NCBI GenBank assembly: GCA_965246715.1
Contig: CBDFFH010000044.1
Span: 64,001 to 128,000, forward strand
DNA from: Chamaesiphon sp.
GTDB taxonomy: Bacteria; Cyanobacteriota; Cyanobacteriia; Cyanobacteriales; Chamaesiphonaceae
Direction of reading: 5' to 3'
Length of the DNA stretch: 64,000 bases
Made by a program: the position numbers and the translations under genes. The notes under the pieces are model-generated. The model did not search any database, was not told where the DNA came from, and saw only the letters and a list, made by a program, of their open reading frames with translations. Below, piece by piece: positions 20,239 through 30,718 of the stretch (the stretch's first letter is position 1; every line of letters starts with the position of its first letter).

Positions 20239-20398
20239 CGCGATCTAAACCTCTATATCGATTATTTACGTTATTCAACCGATCTTTGTCCGCATCGGGA
20301 ACATTCGATCTAAGTGGTGACTAGTGACTAGTAGATAGTGGATAGTGGATAGAGTCAGAATCCACTCCCTAAAATTACTAAATCCCTAATCCAAAATT

Positions 20399-21007
20399 AT
20401 GAAACCACCTGTTGGCAATATTCCCTGGACGGAGCTAGATCTAACTATTTTGCGCCAACATCTGCTAGATCTGTTGTGTCGATTGGCTTACAAAGAAGGA
20501 GATTTCGTGCTCTCCTCCGGTCAAAAAAGTACCTATTATATCAATGGTAAACAAGTTACCCTCCATCCGGAAGGTGCTGTTGCTTCCGCGCGGATCTTTT
20601 TGGCCATGCTACCTACCGATACAGCTGCTGTGGCTGGATTGACGCTCGGTGCCGATCCGCTCGTATCGGCGGTGAGCGTCATTTCTGTTTATGAAGGTCG
20701 TACGCCAACGATTCCCGCCTTAATCGTGCGCAAAGAAGCCAAAGGACACGGGACACAAGCCTATATCGAGGGAGCGACGCTCGCACCTGGCGCTAAGGTA
20801 GTTGTCTTGGAAGATGTCGTGACGACCGGACAATCGGCAATGAAAGCAGTAGAAAGACTTAGAGCTGCGGGTTATAGCGTCGATCGCATTCTCACTTTAG
20901 TCGATCGCGAGCAAGGTGGTGCCGAATTTTATGCTAGCCAAGGATTGCAATTTGAGGCGATCTTCACGATCCAAGATTTACAGCAGCGATACCGAGAGAT
21001 CGGTTAA
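20399..21007 (+). CDS. pyrE: Orotate phosphoribosyltransferase
   Basis: FVLSSGQKSTYY, RKEAKGHG, VLEDVVTTGQS. Confidence 0.96.
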   Translation: MKPPVGNIPWTELDLTILRQHLLDLLCRLAYKEGDFVLSSGQKSTYYINGKQVTLHPEGAVASARIFLAMLPTDTAAVAGLTLGADPLVSAVSVISVYEGRTPTIPALIVRKEAKGHGTQAYIEGATLAPGAKVVVLEDVVTTGQSAMKAVERLRAAGYSVDRILTLVDREQGGAEFYASQGLQFEAIFTIQDLQQRYREIG

Positions 21008-21400
21008 TTGGTTTGGGGTTTATAGGTGTGTGGGAATTGTTGGGAGTATCGAAATATCTGACTATATATCGACATCGGCGCGCCGAGACGTTAGATTCCC
21101 TTTACCCTTTCCCCCTCCCAGTGTGATTTTCCGCACACGAAACTTAGCGATCCCCCATCTGAGAAATTCTTTTCAGTCATTCAGCCCATGTTGAAATGGT
21201 AGCAAATGGGGGAAGATATCAATGTTCTCGAAATTTTCACCAAAAAATAATGTTTAGTGCAAACTAGACTACATAAATAACTTAAGCTTGACCTGAATTT
21301 CAATCGCATAGTTAGGATGAAACGAACAGAACCACAGCGATAGTCATTCTTGACAATTGCCACCAAAGCTCTCACCGAACATTGCTTCGGAAGTTGACAT

Positions 21401-21733
21401 ATGGCTGTATCTCTCAAAATTATCAAACCAGCAGGCGTACTCGATGGCGTGCAGGCAAACGAATTGCGCCAACGAGTAAGCGAACTAGTAGCAGCAGGAA
21501 ATAATCTCGTATTGCTCGATATGGCAGATGTCAATTTTATCGATAGTTCGGGATTAGGTTCTTTGATCGTTACACTCAAGATGCTCAGAACTGCTGGCGG
21601 CGATTTGTACTTATATTCGATCGCTGAACCAGTCCGTAGCTTACTCAGTGCCACCCGGATGGATCGGTTGTTTGAAAATCCGATCGCGCCGACATTACTT
21701 GGTAGTGCAAAGTTGCCAGATGTGCGGGACTGA
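21401..21733 (+). CDS. STAS-domain anti-sigma factor antagonist
   Basis: LLDMADVNFIDSSGLGSL. Confidence 0.9.
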   Translation: MAVSLKIIKPAGVLDGVQANELRQRVSELVAAGNNLVLLDMADVNFIDSSGLGSLIVTLKMLRTAGGDLYLYSIAEPVRSLLSATRMDRLFENPIAPTLLGSAKLPDVRD

Positions 21734-21786
21734 AAAGCTGCTAGAGTAATTGAGAATAATATCAAAAAATTGCGAGGAAAGTTAGT

Positions 21787-22950
21787 TTGAGTCAGCGTTC
21801 TGGTATTGCACCCCACGGCGGTAAGTTAATCGATCGCATCGCCACCCCCGCTCAAAAAGCTGAATTTTTGAGCAAAGCCGACCATTTACCCCGAGTCGAG
21901 CTGGACGAACGAGCCTTCTCCGATCTAGTAATGATTGCGATCGGTGCGTTTAGTCCACTGACAGGGTTTATGCCAGAAGCGGATTATCAACATGTCGTTG
22001 CAAAAATGCGACTGGCTGATGGCTTACCATGGTCGATTCCGATTACGTTATCGGTAACTGAGGCTGTGGCTGCGCCGTTAGTAGTCGGTACGCTCGTCCG
22101 GTTGGACGATAATATGGGTAGATTCGTTGGGGTGCTCGAACTCAGCCAAAAATACACCTATGACAAGCAGCAAGAGGCGATCGATGTCTATCGCACCGAT
22201 GATGCCAAGCATCCGGGTGTCAAGGTTGTTTACGACCAGGGTGAGGTTAATTTAGCGGGTGATGTATGGCTGCTAGAACGGGAAGCTCATCCCCAATTCC
22301 CAAGTTATCAAATCGATCCTGCCGCCTCACGCGCGGCCTTTCAAGCTAAGGGCTGGAAGACGATCGTGGGATTTCAAACCCGCAACCCGATCCACCGCGC
22401 ACATGAATACATCCAAAAATGTGCGATGGAAACCGTCGATGGTTTGTTCTTACACCCATTAGTCGGCGCGACCAAAGAAGATGATATCCCCGCCGACGTG
22501 CGGATGCGCTGCTATGAAATCATTCTCGAACATTACTATCCCAGCGATCGCGTAATTCTTGGCATCAATCCGGCCGCGATGCGTTATGCTGGACCCCGCG
22601 AAGCCATCTTCCACGCTCTAATTCGGAAGAATTATGGTTGTACCCATTTTATCGTCGGCCGCGACCATGCAGGGGTGGGTGACTACTATGGCACATATGA
22701 CGCACAACACATTTTTAGTGAATTCGAGCCAGGCGAACTTGGGATTACACCGATGATGTTCGAGCACGCTTTCTACTGTCTGGTTACCAAGTCGATGGCA
22801 ACTACCAAAACTAGCCCCAGTACTCCCGAACAACGCGTACATTTATCCGGTACCAAAGTTCGCGATCTCCTACGTAAAGGCGAATTACCACCACCAGAAT
22901 TTTCGCGTCCGGAAGTTGCCGCTGAATTAATTCGGGCGATGAAAGGATAG
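21787..22950 (+). CDS. sat: Sulfate adenylyltransferase
   Basis: [35 protein letters not shown] start with gagg RBS. Confidence 0.97.
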   Translation: MSQRSGIAPHGGKLIDRIATPAQKAEFLSKADHLPRVELDERAFSDLVMIAIGAFSPLTGFMPEADYQHVVAKMRLADGLPWSIPITLSVTEAVAAPLVVGTLVRLDDNMGRFVGVLELSQKYTYDKQQEAIDVYRTDDAKHPGVKVVYDQGEVNLAGDVWLLEREAHPQFPSYQIDPAASRAAFQAKGWKTIVGFQTRNPIHRAHEYIQKCAMETVDGLFLHPLVGATKEDDIPADVRMRCYEIILEHYYPSDRVILGINPAAMRYAGPREAIFHALIRKNYGCTHFIVGRDHAGVGDYYGTYDAQHIFSEFEPGELGITPMMFEHAFYCLVTKSMATTKTSPSTPEQRVHLSGTKVRDLLRKGELPPPEFSRPEVAAELIRAMKG

Positions 22951-22980
22951 CACGGCAGATTGATTATCCGTCCGATTATA

Positions 22981-23018
22981 TTGCCCCCTAGCCCTTAATT
23001 ATGGGGGCTAGGGGGCAA
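22981..23018. terminator. Hairpin downstream of sat
   Basis: ttgccccctagccc...gggctagggggcaa. Confidence 0.65.
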
Positions 23019-23284
23019 TTTCATGCCGATCGAGATCTACGAACATAATCTAAATAATTAGATAAAATCTACCCGATCGCATTAGTAATTATTTGCGATT
23101 GGGGCAGGATAATGAAACAAAATTTGTCCTGCTACATCTTAGATATTAGAAGACCTGACTTTTAGGCAGTAGATTTTACACAAGTGCGTAATTCCACACC
23201 TAATCGGCTCAATTTTTCATGATAATCTGTAAATTGTCGCCCTCCACAGTCAAACACACCATAACTGTAAAACTCGACCTAAAT

Positions 23285-23722
23285 ATGTCAATTAAATTTC
23301 CAATCTCTGTGGTTACTCTTGCTACTGTACTAACTTTAGTTCACAGTGCGATCGCTTCTGCTGAAGCATACAAGTCTGGGCCAGATCAAGTGGTAGTGAC
23401 TGGTTTAAATGCCAAACAAAAATATGATGTTCGCGCTGTCAGTCTTAAAGGAAAACAAGGCAAGAAGTCAGCACAAGCGAATACTTGTGGTGAGCTACTA
23501 ATCAATGGTACTTCTAAAATTAAGTCATTGGCGGTAGGTACCGAAACAATCGATGTTGCGACCTTAAGCACCAAGCCTCACGCTCGCTGTAATGGCAAGA
23601 AAACCGCCGCTGCCAAGCCAGCGAAGATGAAGACAGTAGCACCAGCAGCAATGAGTACTCCAGTAACTACAACTCCAGTAACTACAACTCCTGCAACAAC
23701 TGCTCCTGCAACTACTAAATAG
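23285..23722 (+). CDS. Secreted basic protein with Thr/Pro/Ala-rich tail
   Basis: Signal peptide (ASA-E); two Cys; PVTTT and PATT repeats. Confidence 0.7.
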   Translation: MSIKFPISVVTLATVLTLVHSAIASAEAYKSGPDQVVVTGLNAKQKYDVRAVSLKGKQGKKSAQANTCGELLINGTSKIKSLAVGTETIDVATLSTKPHARCNGKKTAAAKPAKMKTVAPAAMSTPVTTTPVTTTPATTAPATTK

Positions 23723-23746
23723 AACGGGTGTAAATATCTTCACAAT

Positions 23747-23794
23747 TTGCGCTCGATCGAATGATTGAATTATCTCGATCGAGCGCAACTTTTT
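23747..23794 (+). terminator. Rho-independent terminator-like hairpin
   Basis: ttgcgctcgatcga...tcgatcgagcgcaa followed by ctttt. Confidence 0.6.
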
Positions 23795-23898
23795 AGCGAT
23801 CGCTTATTACTATTCACTCAGATCTTGCATTAGCCTACAAATATAAGTAACTTTATATCTTGCAACTGTTGGAATATACTAATGCTCAGCGTAGATCC

Positions 23899-23961
23899 AG
23901 GGTACCCACAAGGGGCACCCTTACAGGTTGATTGTGTAGGGGTGCCCCTTGTGGGTACCCT
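23899..23961. repeat. Inverted REP pair (GTAGGGG family)
   Basis: agggtacccacaaggggcacccttaca / tgtaggggtgccccttgtgggtaccct; relatives at 27.6, 32.0, 35.4 and 44.6 kb. Confidence 0.8.
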
Positions 23962-23997
23962 CGGGTTGTGGCAGTAACGATCGATCGAGATGTAAAA

Positions 23998-24870
23998 TTA
24001 TAGGTATTTTTTCAGTAACAATTCTAATTTTTGTTTAGTGGCATCGGGAACCTTGTCCATCGGTGTAATGATTGCGTACTTGAGCGCAGAATGTGCATCA
24101 GACACAAACGGATTTGCACCGAGGCGACGGACTGTTTCTAGAATTACCCGCTGAGCATTCTCCGCATTTTTGTGCAAGTTGGCAATTATCAACTCCACAG
24201 TGACATTATCGTGGTCGGGATGCCAACAATCATAATCAGTGGCTAATGCCAAAGTCGCATACGCAATTTCCGCTTCTCTAGCTAACTTAGCTTCGGGTAA
24301 ATTAGTCATCCCGATAATCGTCCCGCCGAGCATTCGATACATATTCGACTCAGCTTTTGTCGAAAATGCTGGGCCTTCCATACATATATATGTCCCGCCT
24401 TTATGTAAAGCAATATCCGGGAGCTGAAGTGATTCGATCGATTCTACTAAAACAGCGGCTAATTGGTGACAAATCGGATCGCCAAACGCAATATGTCCGA
24501 CGATGCCTTCTCCAAAAAAAGTACTCACCCGACTGTTAGTGCGATCGATAAATTGGTCGGGTAAAACTAAATCTAACGGCTTGACTTCTGCTTGTAACGA
24601 GCCTACTGCCGATGCTGAAATGAGATATTCAACCCCGATCTGCTTCATCGCATAGATATTCGCACGATACGGCACTTCTGACGGTGTGAGATGGTGATTT
24701 CTGCCATGCCTAGCCAAAAAAGCTACTTGCGAACCTGCTAAATCTCCAACGATGAGATTATCTGAAGGCTTCCCAAACGGCGTGTCGACCGACACCTCGC
24801 GCACGTTTGTTAAGGCGGACATCTGATAGAGTCCACTGCCGCCAATAATGCCAATTTTTAGATCCGTCAT
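23998..24870 (-). CDS. mtnP: S-methyl-5'-thioadenosine phosphorylase
   Basis: [36 protein letters not shown]. Confidence 0.95.
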   Translation of the reverse strand: MTDLKIGIIGGSGLYQMSALTNVREVSVDTPFGKPSDNLIVGDLAGSQVAFLARHGRNHHLTPSEVPYRANIYAMKQIGVEYLISASAVGSLQAEVKPLDLVLPDQFIDRTNSRVSTFFGEGIVGHIAFGDPICHQLAAVLVESIESLQLPDIALHKGGTYICMEGPAFSTKAESNMYRMLGGTIIGMTNLPEAKLAREAEIAYATLALATDYDCWHPDHDNVTVELIIANLHKNAENAQRVILETVRRLGANPFVSDAHSALKYAIITPMDKVPDATKQKLELLLKKYL

Positions 24871-24908
24871 CGATAAATTTCTCCTATTACGTCCCAGCTT
24901 AGTTAGAT

Positions 24909-25319
24909 TTAGGGTGATGTTTTTGCGGCATTAATTTTAGTTTCGATATCGATTAAGGTATCTAAAACTATCCGTTTGGCATAGAGTTGCCAGCCCAATT
25001 TTTGAATCCAGATTGCCGCAGCCGTCCCGCCGACTGCACCGATAAAATCTAACGGTTGATTTAGCGAGATTCCAAATAATAGCCCCAAACCTGCAATCCC
25101 CCAAAAGGGTAAAGCCACAGTTTGGCGTTGGGTTTCCACCAATTTAAAAATTCCTCCGGTCGGTAATTCCTGTTCTAAAGCGGCTTTGACTTGCTTTTGT
25201 TCCGCCATCGTTACCGATAAACCAATTTTCTGCCGCAATTTCTCAATTTTGCGTAAATCGCTGCTGTATTGGGTCAGTTCGTCTTCTGCCATTAATACCA
25301 AGCGTTCGTACTGTCCCAC
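24909..25319 (-). CDS. Conserved cyanobacterial membrane hypothetical protein
   Basis: 136 aa ORF with two hydrophobic helices ([13 protein letters not shown]). Confidence 0.7.
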   Translation of the reverse strand: MGQYERLVLMAEDELTQYSSDLRKIEKLRQKIGLSVTMAEQKQVKAALEQELPTGGIFKLVETQRQTVALPFWGIAGLGLLFGISLNQPLDFIGAVGGTAAAIWIQKLGWQLYAKRIVLDTLIDIETKINAAKTSP

Positions 25320-25413
25320 AGATTAACTCGTCCCTACTAAAAGATTCCTAACCGATCGTACCTTATTTTCTGACTGTAGAAACAGCTGGCGATGCTAGTT
25401 CCGTATCGTTAGC

Positions 25414-25591
25414 AACGAGGTTAAGCCAATGCGTTTACAGCGTCTCGTGGGCAGGTAGCCTCTTAAAGAGAAGCCTCTGTCTGTGCAGAGCAGTGGCTAC
25501 TCCAATAGCCAGATGTCAGATGTGGTAGTTTTCTGGGCACAATAAGGTCGTGTTAGTTCGTGAGTCAATCGTAACCGAGCGATCCCCGGTT
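25414..25591 (-). ncRNA. ssrS: 6S RNA (cyanobacterial SsaA type)
   Basis: Minus strand accggggatcgctcgg...gactcacgaactaacacg...tgtgcccagaaaac...actgctctg resembles recalled cyanobacterial 6S; 5' and 3' ends pair, apical tggcta/tagcca stem, ~180 nt. Confidence 0.75.
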
Positions 25592-25730
25592 GGTTAGAGG
25601 CGATCGCGATCGCTAACAAATTGTGATGCAGATCGCATTTTAGTTATAATCGATACTACAATTATGGTAATTGAGGATCGACCAACAAAGGCGACGATCC
25701 ATCTACTCTAGTCTAAACTCCAGTTAAGCT

Positions 25731-26762
25731 ATGAAGATTATCAAGAGACTGTTAGGTATTTTAGGTAGTAAGTTACAAACAACTCAAACTGCTGTCGATC
25801 GCTTGGCAATTGTTGGGGAAGATAGCTTGATGCTCTCCGAGCTAAACTTGCCCGATTGTCTGATCCCCGCTGCATCCGAACGGCTGGAAAATTCAGCTAA
25901 TTTCAATCGCCTTTGTCTGAGAAATTATCAACTCACTGAGATGCCTGTTGGCATCGGTGAATTGCACGATCTCGTTAGCCTCAAGCTCGATAGTAATTGT
26001 TTGACGCATCTACCCGAAAATATCGGTGATTTGATTAATTTAACTGAGTTATATTTGGGTGATAATAGATTAGTCAACTTACCAGCGCAGATCGGGGACT
26101 TGAGGAACCTATCTTGGTTGAGTTTATGGGATAACCAACTCACTCAGCTGCCAGATAGTATCGCTCGCTTGAAAAACTTAACTGGACTGCAACTGCGAGA
26201 TAATTATCTAAAAACCTTGCCACAAGAGATCGGTAATCTTACTAAATTAACTAGATTGGATCTCAGTAACAATCAACTTCAGTTCTTACCCAAAGGCATT
26301 GGTAATCTCACCAATTTAGTCGAACTAACGCTCGATCGCAATCAACTAACCGCTCTACCCACAGAAATCGGCAATCTCAGTACATTAGTCGATCTTAACT
26401 TAAGCAATAATCGCCTAGTTGATTTACCAGAAAGTATTGCTAATTTAACCAAATTGACAGCTCTCGATTTAAGCGATAATCAACTAACAGCTTTACCGAA
26501 AAGTATCGCCAATCTGCCTAATTTAAAATGGGTTAATTTAGATAATAATCCTTTAACCGATCTATCGCCACTTCAAGCTTTGCCAGAAAATACATCAGTT
26601 ACGTTCTTCGGCATTGAGATTCCCAAAAGATTTCGCACTAGCTTAGCTGAATGGCAATCGAGCTGTTTGCTGAGCGATCGCAATTCCGAGATTTGTCGAT
26701 TATTATTCGATCGAGTCAGCTATAGTCGTCTCGATCGCGAACTAGCAACTCCAAATTACTAG
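25731..26762 (+). CDS. Leucine-rich repeat protein (23-aa repeats)
   Basis: About 9 LxLxxNxLxxLPxxIGxL repeats; C-terminal stub resembling the start of a DUF6745-like domain. Confidence 0.9.
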   Translation: MKIIKRLLGILGSKLQTTQTAVDRLAIVGEDSLMLSELNLPDCLIPAASERLENSANFNRLCLRNYQLTEMPVGIGELHDLVSLKLDSNCLTHLPENIGDLINLTELYLGDNRLVNLPAQIGDLRNLSWLSLWDNQLTQLPDSIARLKNLTGLQLRDNYLKTLPQEIGNLTKLTRLDLSNNQLQFLPKGIGNLTNLVELTLDRNQLTALPTEIGNLSTLVDLNLSNNRLVDLPESIANLTKLTALDLSDNQLTALPKSIANLPNLKWVNLDNNPLTDLSPLQALPENTSVTFFGIEIPKRFRTSLAEWQSSCLLSDRNSEICRLLFDRVSYSRLDRELATPNY

Positions 26763-26771
26763 ATCTTCTAC

Positions 26772-27560
26772 CTAATTAAACCTGCGATTGTCAAGCTGGT
26801 ACTTGGTGATAAATTCTCGCACGACTATTTTTAGAGGTTCGTCTAAAATAGTTAGAATTTGAGTTGTAATTTCAGCTGGCACGTCGCCATAAAAAGCCTC
26901 AGCAATTCCACCAGCCATACAGGCGAGCGTATCACTATCGCCACCAAGCGAGATTGCATTCCGAATCGCATCTTCATAATCGGTTGATTCTAAAAAGGCG
27001 ATAATTGCTTCCGGTACAGAAGCTTGGCAAGATAACTCAAATGTGTATCCCGGACGAATCTCGTCAAGGGTTCGATCGAGATAATATCCAAAAGTTGTGT
27101 GAATATAATCGCGAATCTCTAACTTACTTTTACCAGTTCTTGCTAAGAAAATAGCACTAGCAATTGCTTGTGCGCCTTTAATTCCTTCAGGATGATTGTG
27201 AGTAGCCTCAGCACTAATTTTTGCTTCTAATAGTACCCGATCTAGATTGTCAAAAGCGTACCCGATCGGACTTACCCGCATTGCTGAACCATTGCCCCAA
27301 CTGTTGTATGGTTCTAGATCCTCAGATGCACCCCATTGCGCGAATTTACCGCCATAACCTGCCTGGGGATAATTCCGATAATATGCTCTAAGTAATTTCG
27401 GATAACCACCACCATAGAGTAAGTTGTCAGCAACCGCGATCGTCAATACCGTATCGTCAGTAAATCTAGAATACTGACTAAATAGTGGAAAATCTTTAGT
27501 TTTCAGTCCAGCAAATTCATAGCTAGAACCGATAATATCACCCGCGATCGCACCCAACAT
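26772..27560 (-). CDS. ADP-ribosylglycohydrolase (DraG/ARH family)
   Basis: GAIAGDIIGS, FTDDT, GNGSAMR, GGDSDT. Confidence 0.93.
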   Translation of the reverse strand: MLGAIAGDIIGSSYEFAGLKTKDFPLFSQYSRFTDDTVLTIAVADNLLYGGGYPKLLRAYYRNYPQAGYGGKFAQWGASEDLEPYNSWGNGSAMRVSPIGYAFDNLDRVLLEAKISAEATHNHPEGIKGAQAIASAIFLARTGKSKLEIRDYIHTTFGYYLDRTLDEIRPGYTFELSCQASVPEAIIAFLESTDYEDAIRNAISLGGDSDTLACMAGGIAEAFYGDVPAEITTQILTILDEPLKIVVREFITKYQLDNRRFN

Positions 27561-27584
27561 ATCTAGCTCCTTAAATTCAAAATA

Positions 27585-27730
27585 CTGAATTGATGTATGA
27601 AACGCACAAACAATCTTGTAGGGGTAATGCCTCGCTTGCACTGAGCTTGTCGAAGTGTGCTTACCCCGAATCGATTAAGGGTACCCACCAGGGGCACCCC
27701 TACAAAAAATCATACACAAAGTCAGCCACG
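27585..27730. mobile_element. Degenerate copy of the GGCGTTGCTGAAT-TIR MITE with a nested 23-nt insert
   Basis: Aligns with 32004-32185; extra cttgcactgagcttgtcgaagtg inside the REP stem. Confidence 0.7.
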
Positions 27731-27820
27731 CTGCTTTGGCAATCTATCGATCGAACTTGGGCATATTAGATACATTGACTGTTTTCCATGCCAGCAGTTG
27801 GATTTAGTATTGCGAAGATT

Positions 27821-30223
27821 ATGAGCAAAATTTGGTTTTTTATCCTTACTGTGGGGCTAGTCTGTTTCCTGTGTCTGGTGGCTGGATTTAGTATTTCTCA
27901 GTCTGCGATCGTAATTCTGGTATTCGCGATCTTAATTGGGCTGTTTCTATTGCTAGTTTACGAAAAACCGATTCCAAGGTCAGCAAGAATATATTTGAAG
28001 CCAACAAATGCGCCTAGCCGCGCACCATCTTCGGCATTAGGAAATCCGGTAATTGTACCAGTAGCTGAATCAGAACTTCCCAAGAAACTAGCAGCCCCGC
28101 TCCCACAACGGTTGCCAACAGTTAGCTTACCATCACCGCCGATCGAGCCGCGCGATCTCCAGCTAGAAGTCCTCCCAAATTTTACAGTTGCACCATCGTC
28201 GATCGAAGAATCATTACTGTTTCGCGTTCTCGTTCAGGGGCTGTTTACGATCGGGATCGTTAGTGCGGATTTGGCTGTGGGCACTCATTACAGTCAGGTG
28301 GCGATTCCGATTACGACAGCAGGAGCGGCATGGAGTTGGTACCGTCGCCATCATAGTAAACATTGGCTGAATACGATCGTATCTGTCACGACGATCGCGT
28401 TTTTAATCGGGGTACTCGTCCCAACTTTGCTCAAAGAAGTTCAGATCGGTATCGACGGGGTAGCAATATCAGTTAAGTTCCAAGCAGCAATCGCGCTAGG
28501 GTTACAAATGCTGTTGGTGGATCTTCAGATGGGGTTGAGTTTTCATCTATACGGGCGCAAGGTGCTGGGTTATTGCGTGGCAATTAGTGGATTACTGATG
28601 GCTATCGCCGCTTGTTTGAGTCAAAGTATCGGCTTTATGATTTTGCTCAGTGGGTTTGTTGTGCTGGTGATTCCAACATTGATGCTAGATTATCGATCGC
28701 GACTCGCACTCAAGCCAGTGGGAATTTCGCCGATGCCTACCAAGCAACTGTTACCATATCGACACTTACCGTGGAAATATCTGAGTCAATTGGCAGCGAT
28801 CGCTCTCGGAATAGGATTAATTTTAGCGGTATTCTTGCCTAATTTTCATTTTCCCAATCTGTCGTTGCAGCTCCCTAGACAAATGGATGAAATTACGGCG
28901 CTGCAAAATCGAATGCACGATCTAGCGCAGCAGTCCCGGAGCGGTTCGCTACCAACAACCAATCCGGCTACACCGCAATTGAGTGTGAGTGAGATGGCAA
29001 GTAAATTATTGGGACAACCAGGAAATAATAATTATCCCGATCTTATTAAGCAGGATAATTTACAATTACCGCCGGAAATTGCGAGTAAATTGCAGCAGTT
29101 TACCAAGCAGATTTTGGCGACTGCGCCGCAACCACTCAACTCAGATTACGATCGCGCAGCATATTTAGCAGAGTATCTCAAACAGCATCGCCAAGCCGAT
29201 CCTCAGCAACCAGAACCCACCAATCTGCCGCCAGTAGATGCTAAATCGATCCAGCAAATCATCACGAAATGTCCACCTGCTCTCCAGAATTGTCCGATCG
29301 TCGTTGCCACCGATCGAGATTTACCTGTAGTATACACTTCAATGTTGCGCTCGATCGGCATTCCTGCGCGGCTAAAAACGGGCGACAAGCCGAGCGAATT
29401 AGATCCCAAAACTCAGATGTATACACGTCCTCCCGCAGCCTCACAGAGCCAAACTGAGGTCTATTTTCCTAACTGGGGGTGGCTTGGCTTGGACTCGACA
29501 CCCGATCGACCGTTACTCAATCCCGATGCGCGTCAACTCGCCCAACTTCAGCAGCAGGTGCAAACTAAGCCGCTCTCTTTCGCAGACCCCTCTTCCAGTC
29601 CGCAACCTACGCCTAGCCCATCCCCAGGAGGAAGTAATAATCCGGGACAATCTTCTCCAAGTGTACCTTCCCCAAATACACCTGTCCCAAATTTGCCTTT
29701 ACCGAATACCTCCTCATTATTTACACCAAATAGTAATAAGTCACCGAGTGATTCAACGCCCTCAAAGTCACCATTCGAGTTGCCTAAATGGGAACCCGAT
29801 CCGCTAATTTTGAAAATAATCGTCGTTGCGCTTTGCATTGGGATCGGGATTGCTTGGTATTTGCGCAAGCAAAAACAGCAGCAGCAACAATTAGCTGGTT
29901 TACCACCTGTCGAGCGGATCTATCGATCGATGCTGACAGAATTGAGCAAGCAAGGAACGTTCAAACGTCCGACCCAAACGCAGTTAGAATACGCTGACAG
30001 TACCAGTAAAATCTATCATCCTCAAATTGCTAAAGTAGTCCGCGAAATCTCCCAATCATATACAGCTTGGCGTTATGGCAAGCAAAAAACCGATGTCAAA
30101 GAGTTGACAAAAAAATTGCAATTTCTCCAACATCTCCAACAGTTAGCCGCCCACAGGGAGCGCCAGCAACAGATCGATCGATTCAAATCGCAATTGGGAT
30201 TTAAAACACGTCCGCTTAAATAA
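27821..30223 (+). CDS. TgpA-like membrane protein (DUF3488 / transglutaminase-like / DUF4129)
   Basis: Multiple TM helices; MLRSIGIPARL, TEVYFPNWGW, TQTQLEY...YTAWRYG; start could be 27788. Confidence 0.8.
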   Translation: MSKIWFFILTVGLVCFLCLVAGFSISQSAIVILVFAILIGLFLLLVYEKPIPRSARIYLKPTNAPSRAPSSALGNPVIVPVAESELPKKLAAPLPQRLPTVSLPSPPIEPRDLQLEVLPNFTVAPSSIEESLLFRVLVQGLFTIGIVSADLAVGTHYSQVAIPITTAGAAWSWYRRHHSKHWLNTIVSVTTIAFLIGVLVPTLLKEVQIGIDGVAISVKFQAAIALGLQMLLVDLQMGLSFHLYGRKVLGYCVAISGLLMAIAACLSQSIGFMILLSGFVVLVIPTLMLDYRSRLALKPVGISPMPTKQLLPYRHLPWKYLSQLAAIALGIGLILAVFLPNFHFPNLSLQLPRQMDEITALQNRMHDLAQQSRSGSLPTTNPATPQLSVSEMASKLLGQPGNNNYPDLIKQDNLQLPPEIASKLQQFTKQILATAPQPLNSDYDRAAYLAEYLKQHRQADPQQPEPTNLPPVDAKSIQQIITKCPPALQNCPIVVATDRDLPVVYTSMLRSIGIPARLKTGDKPSELDPKTQMYTRPPAASQSQTEVYFPNWGWLGLDSTPDRPLLNPDARQLAQLQQQVQTKPLSFADPSSSPQPTPSPSPGGSNNPGQSSPSVPSPNTPVPNLPLPNTSSLFTPNSNKSPSDSTPSKSPFELPKWEPDPLILKIIVVALCIGIGIAWYLRKQKQQQQQLAGLPPVERIYRSMLTELSKQGTFKRPTQTQLEYADSTSKIYHPQIAKVVREISQSYTAWRYGKQKTDVKELTKKLQFLQHLQQLAAHRERQQQIDRFKSQLGFKTRPLK

Positions 30224-30332
30224 GCTAAGTTGCTATCTACGAGAACGTGAGTTCGACGCTACTCACTTTAATTTCTGTCGATCTAGTGGAAATGTTAGAA
30301 TCCTTGAATATACGCTTGCCAGAGGTGTAGAG

Positions 30333-30697
30333 ATGACAGTTTCGATCGAGAAAATGACCCTAGCAGAATTCCTTATCGTTGGCGTAGCCTACCGGAGGTA
30401 ATCGTGTTGATGGATATGCCGCCACCATTATTAGTTGTGGAAGTTGTCAGCCCGAATCAGGAGAAACGAGATTATCGTTATAAGCGGAGTGAATATGCCG
30501 CGCGGGGGATTGCCGAATATTGGATCGTCGATCCGTTGGCGGAGCCTCTCCAAGGGAGAATCGCGCAAAAGGTGACGGTGTTGGAATGGGTAGAGGGTTT
30601 GTATGAGGAGCAGGTGCATACGGGAGATAGTCAGATCGAGTCAAGTATATTGGGGAATATAGATTTGAAGGTCGAGCGAGTTTTACGCGGACGTTAA
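30333..30697 (+). pseudogene. Uma2-family endonuclease, internally deleted and carrying two small inserts
   Basis: MTVSIEKMTLAEFL start joined out of frame to PLLVVEVVSP...DY..KRSEYAARGIAEYWIVDP; middle of the protein missing. Confidence 0.75.
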
Positions 30698-30718
30698 TTT
30701 TGGTGTGTAATATCTTCG

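Noticed and set aside
21181..21816. 211 aa minus-strand ORF
   Set aside because: Antisense shadow of the STAS gene with no recognisable motifs; the same applies to the many short antisense ORFs within putA, xfp, the kinase and the Ig-repeat gene
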